26,054 nucleotides of DNA, from the NCBI GenBank assembly GCA_022447885.1, contig JAKUTA010000001.1, forward strand, positions 1-26,054, written 5' to 3'. Position 1 is the stretch's first letter; every line of letters starts with the position of its first letter. Positions 1-6,579 of this stretch are shown piece after piece. The notes beneath the pieces were generated by a model. It was not told where the DNA came from. It worked only from the letters and a program-made list of their open reading frames with translations, and searched no databases. A program made the translations under genes and the position numbers. The DNA comes from Candidatus Poseidoniales archaeon. Its GTDB lineage: Archaea; Thermoplasmatota; Poseidoniia; Poseidoniales; Thalassarchaeaceae.

Positions 1-309
1 ATCGACGTCTGCCTCATCGACAGCAGGCTCATCCTCAGGCGCCTCGACAACCTCCTCGGGCTCAGTCTCTTCCGCAGGTTCCTCCTCGGACTCCTCTTGA
101 TCGCCACCATCGTCCAATGCCTCAGCCGCAGCCGGCACGTCGGGAGTATCGTCCGACCCCTCGCCATCTTCCTCGGCAGCGGGTGCATCGACGCCTGCCT
201 CATCAAGACGGGCGATGAGATCTGCCTTCTTGCCACCGAGATTCAGTCCACGCTCTCGCAGGAGATCCTTGAGCGCGGAGACTGTGAGTTCCTGGTGCTC
301 ATCACTCAT
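1..309 (-). CDS. Partial CDS (3' end outside window): N-terminal SAP/HeH domain plus long acidic linker; by synteny probably an N-terminally extended Spt5/NusG
   Basis: Not in the ORF track. Manual translation from ATG at 309 (GGAGG SD upstream) is open to position 1: MSDEHQELTVSALKDLLRERGLNLGGKKADLIARLDEAGVDAPAAEEDGEGSDD...DEADVD. The first ~36 aa fit the SAP consensus. The Spt5 identity is inferred only from the position after ftsZ-secE; no NGN/KOW domain is visible in the window. Confidence 0.75.
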   Translation of the reverse strand, partial: MSDEHQELTVSALKDLLRERGLNLGGKKADLIARLDEAGVDAPAAEEDGEGSDDTPDVPAAAEALDDGGDQEESEEEPAEETEPEEVVEAPEDEPAVDEADVD

Positions 310-363
310 ACATCATCCCTCCTCAGTTCTCCTCTTAGACAAACAATTACTCCTTACAGGGTC

Positions 364-639
364 TCAGGTGACAATCCAAGCGAAGAACTTGGGGAGCACG
401 GTGTCCATCGCCAACAGAATGATGAAGCCGACGAACCCGAGGATGAACATCCCGATTCCGCACACCCAGATGGTCTGGCGGAACTCCATCTTGGTCGGCT
501 TGCGCGCCATTCTCAGAATCCTCGCCCACGAGCCCCTCCCGAGTTTGCGCACACTGGTCTCGATGTTGTCCTGGATGTCCTGCACCCGCTCCTCGAACGA
601 GGCGTCGCCGCCACCGAATCGAGAGTCTCCACTGGCCAC
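364..639 (-). CDS. secE: Protein translocase subunit SecE / Sec61-gamma
   Basis: RILRMARKPTKMEFRQ motif followed by one TM helix (GIGMFILGFVGFIILLAM); directly downstream of ftsZ. The ORF track starts at 660, but GTG 639 fits the TATA spacing better. Confidence 0.93.
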   Translation of the reverse strand: MASGDSRFGGGDASFEERVQDIQDNIETSVRKLGRGSWARILRMARKPTKMEFRQTIWVCGIGMFILGFVGFIILLAMDTVLPKFFAWIVT

Positions 640-675
640 GTCTGAACCCCTAGGGTTCACCCCGACCTAGAGTCC

Positions 676-683
676 TATTTTAA
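676..683 (-). promoter_or_regulatory. Candidate TATA box for secE-(spt5)
   Basis: TTAAAATA on the minus strand, an AT island in GC-rich DNA, 37 nt upstream of GTG 639. Confidence 0.55.
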
Positions 684-701
684 GCACGCCGGAATGGTTG
701 C

Positions 702-722
702 GGGTGCATCGAACCTGCACCC
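702..722 (-). other. 7-bp hairpin downstream of ftsZ (possible terminator or processing signal)
   Basis: Minus strand GGGTGCA-GGTTCGA-TGCACCC, 57 nt after the ftsZ stop; no U-tract. Confidence 0.3.
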
Positions 723-778
723 ATGGTAAATGACCGGACGAGACCGCCCACGATAGAGTGCTGCTGAGCGCTCCCATC

Positions 779-1897
779 TCAGTTGATGAACTCGAGGTCG
801 CGGGTGCGCATGTTGCGCATCTGCTGGTGCGCGGCCGCCCCGAATATCTGCTCGCTCTTGACTCCCGTCAGCACGAGCAGCACGCGGATGTCGTTGCCGA
901 GCGACTCATCGACCGTGGCACCCCAGATGATGCGGGCATACGGGTTGATCTTGTCGCGGATGTACTGGGCGCAGGACTCCGCTTCACCGAGTGTGAGCGA
1001 CTGCCCACCGACGACGTTCACGAGTGCGCCGCGGGCGTCCGAGACATCGATGTCCAGCAGTGGTGAGGTGAGCGCCTGGTCCGTTGCTTCCAGGGCGCGG
1101 TCGGTACCAGATGCCTCTCCGAGTCCGATCATCGCCATTCCACCGCCGTTCTCCATCACGCTGCGCAGGTCCTCGAAGTCGAGGTTCACCAGCCCATCCT
1201 TGGTGATCATCTCGGAGACACCGGCGATCGAGCGCATCAGCACTTCGTCTGCTACGCGGAAGGCGGACTCGATCGGCAGGTCCCTGACTCCTTCGACCTC
1301 GAGCAGCTTCTCGTTGGGGAGCACCACGACGGTGTCGCAGATCTCGCGCAACCGCTGTAGTCCCCATTCGGCATTCTGTCGACGCAGCGTCCCCTCTGAC
1401 TCGAATGGATAGGTCACCACTGCGATGGTGAGTGCCCCCGCGCTCTTGGCGAGTCGCGCGATCACATGCGCACCGCCTGTACCGGTTCCCCCACCCAGAC
1501 CAGCGGTCACGAACGCAAGGTCGGAGTCGACGATCGCCTTGGTGAGCGTACGCTCGGATTCATACGCGGCCTTCTCCCCCTTCTCGGGGTCGCCACCGGC
1601 ACCGCGCCCGCGGGCGGTTCTTCCGATGAGGATCTTGTGTGTCACCTTCGAGCGCAGCAGGTGCTGAGCATCGGTGTTCACGGCATAACCGAGCACCTGG
1701 TTCTCATCGAGCAGCCCCTCTTCTCCCAGTCTCTGGACTGTGTTGCAACCGCAGCCACCACAGCCGAACACGCGGATGCGCGGCTGCAGACTCTCCAACA
1801 GACGATGCAGTTCGCGGTCGTCCTCATTGGGCTCGGTATCCGTCTCGGCTACCTCACTCTCCTGCAGTTCAAGCACCCGGTCAATCAGATGGCGCAT
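779..1897 (-). CDS. ftsZ: Cell division protein FtsZ (FtsZ1 type), 372 aa
   Basis: GCGGCGCN loop, AVNTDAQHL, tubulin signature GLGGGTGTG, T7 loop GLVNLDFED and archaeal FtsZ1-like C-terminal DLEFI; linked to secE. Confidence 0.98.
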   Translation of the reverse strand: MRHLIDRVLELQESEVAETDTEPNEDDRELHRLLESLQPRIRVFGCGGCGCNTVQRLGEEGLLDENQVLGYAVNTDAQHLLRSKVTHKILIGRTARGRGAGGDPEKGEKAAYESERTLTKAIVDSDLAFVTAGLGGGTGTGGAHVIARLAKSAGALTIAVVTYPFESEGTLRRQNAEWGLQRLREICDTVVVLPNEKLLEVEGVRDLPIESAFRVADEVLMRSIAGVSEMITKDGLVNLDFEDLRSVMENGGGMAMIGLGEASGTDRALEATDQALTSPLLDIDVSDARGALVNVVGGQSLTLGEAESCAQYIRDKINPYARIIWGATVDESLGNDIRVLLVLTGVKSEQIFGAAAHQQMRNMRTRDLEFIN

Positions 1898-1921
1898 GCG
1901 CCGAGGCTCGCTGAAGGTGGC

Positions 1922-1925
1922 TTAA
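1922..1925 (-). promoter_or_regulatory. Weak candidate TATA core for a leaderless ftsZ transcript
   Basis: GGTTAAGC on the minus strand, 25 nt upstream of the ftsZ ATG; no SD in front of that ATG. Confidence 0.3.
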
Positions 1926-2092
1926 CCGTTCCGTCACGCCCAAATCGAGCACGCAGGTTATCTCACCCTCGTCCACACGCCACGCACCAGTCCATCCGCC
2001 CGCGCACGCACGCAACCGATGGACTGAATCGAAGCGGGGTTCACCTTGCTCCAGCGTGCAGAAAGAAGAGCGCAGTGAGTCACTCGCTTTGG

Positions 2093-2099
2093 TTAAATA
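2093..2099 (+). promoter_or_regulatory. Candidate TATA box for the rpl11-rpl1-rpl10-rpl12 operon
   Basis: TTAAATA about 42 nt upstream of ATG 2141; SD GAGGTGA at 2130-2136. Confidence 0.6.
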
Positions 2100-2140
2100 G
2101 AGGGAGCAGGTCGGCGAGAACCCCCTGATGAGGTGACCTG

Positions 2141-2443
2141 ATGTCAGACAACTGGACTTCCCGGCGCATCCGCACGGCGGTCATCGGCAAGGGCATCAAG
2201 TTCAATGGCTCGTGGGAGGGTGAGATCGACATCCCATCCGACCCCAAGGTGCACAACATCACACTCGATCAGGTCATCGAGATCGCCAACGCGAAATCGG
2301 AACTCACGGGCAATGATGTCAAGGCACGTTCACTGGAGGTGATGGGCACCTGCGTGTCCATGCGCTGCCACATCGAGGGTCTGGTGCCCAAGGAGTTCAT
2401 CAGCAAGGTGAAGGAAGGAGAATACGACGGACGATTCAACTGA
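2141..2443 (+). CDS. rpl11: Ribosomal protein L11 (uL11), C-terminal rRNA-binding domain only, 100 aa
   Basis: HNITLDQVIEIANAK...EVMGTCVSM...EGEYD matches the archaeal uL11 C-terminal domain; lies immediately before rpl1. SD GAGGTGA present; in-frame TGA at 2129-2131 excludes a longer N-terminus. Confidence 0.85.
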   Translation: MSDNWTSRRIRTAVIGKGIKFNGSWEGEIDIPSDPKVHNITLDQVIEIANAKSELTGNDVKARSLEVMGTCVSMRCHIEGLVPKEFISKVKEGEYDGRFN

Positions 2444-2451
2444 TCACGGAT

Positions 2452-2480
2452 TGCGGGAGAGGGAAACCTCGCCGACCGCA
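2452..2480 (+). promoter_or_regulatory. Putative L1-binding mRNA autoregulatory structure
   Basis: UGCGG-GA-GAGG-GAAA-CCUC-GCCGA-CCGCA: two stems, a GNRA tetraloop and an asymmetric GA / GCCGA internal loop like known uL1 target sites; abuts the rpl1 SD (GGGGUGAGG, 2481-2489). Confidence 0.65.
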
Positions 2481-2493
2481 GGGGTGAGGAAAC

Positions 2494-3141
2494 ATGCAGA
2501 CACACATTCGGGAAGCGGTGAAGAAGGCGCTCGATGAGGCTCCTGAACGGAACTTCGTCGAGAGCGTGGAACTCGCGTTCACCATCCGCGACGTCGACCT
2601 GAAGAATCCAGCCAACCGCATCCAGGAGGAGGTGCGCCTCCCACGGGGCCGCGGCAAGACGCTGAGCATCGCCATCTTCGCCGGCGGCGAGATGGCCATC
2701 AAGGCGCGCGAAGCCGGACTCGAGATCATCGACCCGGCGCAAATCGAGGATCTCGGCGGCGACCGCCAGAAAGCGCGCAAACTGGCGCGCAGACACGATT
2801 TCTTCCTCTCTGAGGTTCCGCACATGACCGACATCGGTCGCCACCTCGGTGTGGTGCTCGGACCACGCGGCAAGATGCCAAGGCCAGTGCCGCCGAATGT
2901 GGACCCAGGAAACATCGCGCAGGCGCTGCAGAGCACGACTCTGGTGCGCAGTCGTGACAATATCACATTCCACACGGTCGTGGGCGCGCGCAACCAAGGC
3001 GAGGAGGCGATCAGCGAGAACGCCTACGAGGTGTGGAACAGGGTCACCGGCAAGTTGGAGCGGGGAGCGGGCAACATCCGTTCACTCTACGTCAAAACCT
3101 CGATGGGTCCCTCGATCAGGGTGCAGGTGGACTTCTCATGA
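2494..3141 (+). CDS. rpl1: Ribosomal protein L1 (uL1), 215 aa
   Basis: RNFVESVELAFTIRDVDL, LPRGRGK, LGPRGKMP and YVKTSMGPS motifs. Confidence 0.98.
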   Translation: MQTHIREAVKKALDEAPERNFVESVELAFTIRDVDLKNPANRIQEEVRLPRGRGKTLSIAIFAGGEMAIKAREAGLEIIDPAQIEDLGGDRQKARKLARRHDFFLSEVPHMTDIGRHLGVVLGPRGKMPRPVPPNVDPGNIAQALQSTTLVRSRDNITFHTVVGARNQGEEAISENAYEVWNRVTGKLERGAGNIRSLYVKTSMGPSIRVQVDFS

Positions 3142-4070
3142 TGGCCAAAGCCACGCAGTGGAAGGTCGATCGCGTAGGCGAGTTGACAGAACTACTCAGC
3201 AGCGACGGTATCATCGGCATCGTCGACGTTGCCGGTGTGCCAGCGCAGGCGATGCTCGAGATGCGCAGCACCCTGCGGACCGGCATGACACTCACGATGG
3301 CAAAGAAGTCGCTGTTCAGGCGGGCGTGGAACGAGGCCGGCCTGCCTGAGGAGCAGCTGGAGACGATGTTCGAGACCGCCCAGCAGCCGATGATCGTGCA
3401 TTCCAAGTCGTTGAACATCTCCCAGTTGTTCCAGCAACTCGACCAGACCCGCACCGGCCGTCCCGCCAAGGCGGGCGACATCGCGCCCGAGGACATCGTT
3501 GTCTCGCAGGGGCCGCCCGAATTCGCACCGGGTCCGATCGTCGGCGAGTTGTCAGCGGTGGGCATCCCCGCTAAGATAGAGAAGGGCAAGGTGAACATCA
3601 TCAAGACGGTCACGGCGGTGAAGGCCGGAGAAGTGATCGACGGCGACCTCGGGCTGATGCTCGACAAGCTGGACATCAAGCCGATCGAGATCGGCATCAT
3701 CCTGTGCGGCGTCATCGTCGACGGCGTGGTCATGCCTCCCGACGTGCTCTCGATCGACACGAACGCACTGCTGGCGCAGGCGGTCGCTAACGCGCTCGCA
3801 GTCGCCATCAACGCCGGCATCAGCAACAGCGGCACCATCCCGCTGTTCATCGCCAACGCCAACGCCCACGCGCTGGCCCTCGCAGGTCAATTGGATTCCT
3901 CGGCTCTGGATGATGAGCTGGTAGCCGCCCTCGAGGCGACACCGACCGTCACCGAGGCTGCCCCGACAACCGACGCAGGTGCCGATGAGGCATCCAGCGA
4001 GGAGGCAGCCGAGGAGGAGCCCGAGGAGGAGGAAGCCGAATTCGGTGGACTCGGAGATTTGTTCGGTTGA
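3138..4070 (+). CDS. rpl10: Ribosomal protein L10 / P0 (uL10), about 310 aa
   Basis: WKVDRVGEL...GVPAQAMLEMRSTLR, APEDIVVSQGP, PGPIVGEL, acidic hinge and C-terminal GLGDLFG. ATGA overlap with the rpl1 stop; the ORF-track start at 3033 is too far upstream. Confidence 0.97.
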   Translation: MMAKATQWKVDRVGELTELLSSDGIIGIVDVAGVPAQAMLEMRSTLRTGMTLTMAKKSLFRRAWNEAGLPEEQLETMFETAQQPMIVHSKSLNISQLFQQLDQTRTGRPAKAGDIAPEDIVVSQGPPEFAPGPIVGELSAVGIPAKIEKGKVNIIKTVTAVKAGEVIDGDLGLMLDKLDIKPIEIGIILCGVIVDGVVMPPDVLSIDTNALLAQAVANALAVAINAGISNSGTIPLFIANANAHALALAGQLDSSALDDELVAALEATPTVTEAAPTTDAGADEASSEEAAEEEPEEEEAEFGGLGDLFG

Positions 4071-4088
4071 AACAACAAGGTGAGAGAA

Positions 4089-4391
4089 ATGGAATATGTG
4101 TACGCTGCAATGCTGCTGCACTCGGCAGAGAATGAGATCAACGAGAAGAACGTCAACGCGGTGCTGAAATCCGCGGGCGTGAAGGCTGACGACGCGCGTG
4201 TGAAAGCGCTGTGTGCAAGCCTGGAAGGCGTGGACATCGGTGAAGCGATGACCAGCGCGGTGGCCGCTCCGGCCGCCGCAGCGCCAGCCGCCGCCGGCGG
4301 TTCCGAAGCCGAAGCCCCAGCCGAGGAGGCTGCGGCCGAGGAAGAGGACGATGCGGCGGGCTTCGAAGGTCTCGGATCCCTGTTCGGGTGA
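4089..4391 (+). CDS. rpl12: Ribosomal protein L12 (aP1 / P1-P2), 100 aa
   Basis: [12 protein letters not shown]-terminus, Ala-rich hinge, acidic tail and [10 protein letters not shown]; SD AGGTGA at 4078-4083 supports ATG 4089. Confidence 0.98.
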   Translation: MEYVYAAMLLHSAENEINEKNVNAVLKSAGVKADDARVKALCASLEGVDIGEAMTSAVAAPAAAAPAAAGGSEAEAPAEEAAAEEEDDAAGFEGLGSLFG

Positions 4392-4419
4392 GCGGCGAGC
4401 CGGTTCGAGGCGAAGCCGC
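4392..4419 (+). terminator. Hairpin immediately after the rpl12 stop (possible terminator or stabiliser)
   Basis: GCGGC-GA-GCC-GGTTCGA-GGC-GAA-GCCGC; no U-tract. Confidence 0.3.
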
Positions 4420-4507
4420 CCTGCGTTGCTGCTGGCGTCAGCCACGCTGCGGCACCAGACCGACCCTCACGCAAGCGATATGAGCGACTGCAGCAACAGT
4501 CGTCTCG

Positions 4508-5029
4508 ATGAGTGAGCGACTGCTGAAGTTGGAGACGAGCGTCACGCCGGCAACCGCAGTGCGCGCCCTCAGGCAACTTGCGACCAGCGCCGGCTGGAAC
4601 TGTCACAGAATATCCGGGAGCCGTCTGGTCGACCGCTGGGCGATCATCATGCCCATCGCCCAGGCCACCCGCTCGCTCGGCCTCGTCATCGATGACGGGC
4701 CATTGGCACCTCTCGCCGTTCAGGCACACTCCCACGTGCAGGGCTCGGCCGGCTCCATCTGCATCGTCGAATGGCTCATCCCGGATTCGATCGAAGGTGA
4801 CGACTGGAGACTGCTGCTGAAACACTGGGTGACCCGGCACCCTCGCTGCCCCTGGCGCTGGACCTTCCGCGAGCGCTCGCTCATCGGCTTCCTCCTTCCC
4901 GTATTCCGCCGTTCCCGACGTACCTTCAGCGACGAGGGCATCGCCACGGAACGCGGCGCATGGCCACCATCAGACACTCCCGCCTGGCCACCCACTGACT
5001 GGGACTTATCCACAGATGCAGAGGAATGA
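4508..5029 (+). CDS. Hypothetical protein, 173 aa (Trp/Pro-rich C-terminal half)
   Basis: Fills the gap between rpl12 and the next gene with plausible composition; no motif recognised. Confidence 0.7.
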   Translation: MSERLLKLETSVTPATAVRALRQLATSAGWNCHRISGSRLVDRWAIIMPIAQATRSLGLVIDDGPLAPLAVQAHSHVQGSAGSICIVEWLIPDSIEGDDWRLLLKHWVTRHPRCPWRWTFRERSLIGFLLPVFRRSRRTFSDEGIATERGAWPPSDTPAWPPTDWDLSTDAEE

Positions 5030-5063
5030 ACGCACCGTGGTGGCAGGTTGATAACTCTCCCAC

Positions 5064-5082
5064 GCCTCATCATAGATGAGGC
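5064..5082. promoter_or_regulatory. Perfect 8-bp inverted repeat upstream of the 5089 gene
   Basis: GCCTCATC-ATA-GATGAGGC, ending 6 nt before ATG 5089. Confidence 0.45.
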
Positions 5083-5088
5083 TGAGGC

Positions 5089-5760
5089 ATGGACCTGATG
5101 CAGAAGTTGTTCGGCACCCAGCGTGCCATCACGATGGTCGTCGTCTCGCTGATGTTCGCCATCGCCTTCCCAGCCTACTTCTCGGTCATGGGAGGGATGG
5201 TCGAGGTGATGGACGGCGGTTCCTCGGGCGCGGCGGGGAACTGGCAGGTCAACTTCACGACCACCGTCAGCGAGATCTCGGACAGCGCCATGCTCTCTGA
5301 TGGCGAGACCAACGAGTGGACCTACGAGTTGGACAGAACGAATCTCGGCGATGACGAGATGATCGCCTTCGTGAACATCACCGTGAGTTGTGATGACAAC
5401 GATGAGCCGGGGCCGACATCCAGAGACAGCGTGGATGCGGAGACGGATGTGTCAGGAGTCGAAGGAGGATTCGAGGACTATACGGGGTCAGGGAACTGCA
5501 ACGGCGACGCCGTGTCCTTCTCTTACATTGTCACCCCCGAATGGAGCGGCACGCCATATGTGGTGGAGGATGTGAGCAAGGGCGACATCCTGGCCAAGTG
5601 GGACGACGGCGGCAACGGCACCGGTGAATGGCTGTGCAGCGTGACCCTTGAGGTGAACAGCAACCCATTCCCCGGCCCCCTATTGGCTGACAACGACGAG
5701 GAAGTGACGGTGACCTGGACGGTGACCACCTACACAGTCGAGATAACCGCGCTCGAATGA
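5089..5760 (+). CDS. Membrane-anchored or exported acidic beta-rich protein, 223 aa
   Basis: One N-terminal hydrophobic helix (AITMVVVSLMFAIAFPAYFSVM), then a D/E/T/V-rich domain with 3 Cys; GAGG SD. Confidence 0.8.
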   Translation: MDLMQKLFGTQRAITMVVVSLMFAIAFPAYFSVMGGMVEVMDGGSSGAAGNWQVNFTTTVSEISDSAMLSDGETNEWTYELDRTNLGDDEMIAFVNITVSCDDNDEPGPTSRDSVDAETDVSGVEGGFEDYTGSGNCNGDAVSFSYIVTPEWSGTPYVVEDVSKGDILAKWDDGGNGTGEWLCSVTLEVNSNPFPGPLLADNDEEVTVTWTVTTYTVEITALE

Positions 5761-5778
5761 CCCGAATGACCTGGTGGT

Positions 5779-6528
5779 GTGCATTTGGGAAAGATCGGCT
5801 TCGATGAGCATCACATGGGGTCGTCGGTCGCCAATCCGGAGTCAGACGGACTCTCCCTGCTGGCGGGCCTACTGGAGGAGATGGGTCACGAGGTGGACAG
5901 AATAGAGGAGGAACTCCCTGTTGAGGATGGGCTGCCTTGGGACGTGATCGTACTTCCGTTCCCGAAACTCAAATTCACCACCGAGGAGATGCTCGCCTTG
6001 CACGAGCACATGCGCGCCGGGCGCGGACTGCTGCTGCTCACCGAGTGGGGCGACCTGTACTCACACGTTGACCACCTGAACGAGTTGACCGCACCATATG
6101 GCATCCACATCCAGAAGGACCGCGTGACCGACCTCGAGGAGCATGTGAGCCATCAGGTGAAACTGGGGGGAATCGTGCTCGACGAGCAACCGATGCCGCA
6201 TTACGTGCGCATCCGCAACTTCTCCGAGCACCCGATAACGGAGGGCCTTCAGGAGATCATCTACTTCTCCGGCTGCAGCCTCAAGACCAGCGAGCCCGCT
6301 GTGGCCGTCGCCTCCACGGCGGCGACCTCCTTCGGGGACCTCGATCTGGACATCGAACTCGACGATGACGAGGAGCAGGGCATCCTCACCATCGCCGCCG
6401 CCTCGGAGATGGAGGGGAGGATGCTGGTCGTCGGTGACAGCAACATCGCCGCCAACGGCTACGTCGAGCAGGGAGACAATCTCGCCTTCATCATACAGAC
6501 AATCGAGTGGTTGCTGCGCGAACGCTGA
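5779..6528 (+). CDS. GIFT (GldG/IFT52) / DUF4350-like protein, class I glutamine amidotransferase-like fold, 249 aa
   Basis: KIGFDEHH start, DVIVLPFPKLKFTTEEMLALHEHMRAGRGLLL, HPITEGLQEI, GRMLVVGDSNI and DNLAFIIQTIEWL match the family pattern. Confidence 0.65.
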   Translation: MHLGKIGFDEHHMGSSVANPESDGLSLLAGLLEEMGHEVDRIEEELPVEDGLPWDVIVLPFPKLKFTTEEMLALHEHMRAGRGLLLLTEWGDLYSHVDHLNELTAPYGIHIQKDRVTDLEEHVSHQVKLGGIVLDEQPMPHYVRIRNFSEHPITEGLQEIIYFSGCSLKTSEPAVAVASTAATSFGDLDLDIELDDDEEQGILTIAAASEMEGRMLVVGDSNIAANGYVEQGDNLAFIIQTIEWLLRER

Positions 6529-6579
6529 TGGCAACGCAATCGGGCGAAGGCTCATAGGGAACTACGAGCAGCACTGGAC

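Noticed and set aside
97-670. Plus-strand ORFs 97..645 and 215..670
   Set aside because: Antisense shadows of secE and the SAP-domain gene; no recognisable motifs.
702-722. GGTTCGA resembling a tRNA T-loop
   Set aside because: No acceptor, D or anticodon arms can be folded around it.
3033-3137. 35-aa N-terminal extension of L10 in the ORF track
   Set aside because: Overlaps rpl1; homology starts at MMAKATQWK and the ATGA overlap at 3138 is the natural start.
3940-4391. Acidic Ala-rich tails and near-identical GLGxLFG ends of L10 and L12
   Set aside because: Normal conserved feature of archaeal and eukaryotic stalk proteins, not a repeat element.
3552-4840. Long minus-strand ORFs 3552..4445 and 3887..4840
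   Set aside because: Antisense to well-supported ribosomal genes; expected from GC-rich codon bias.
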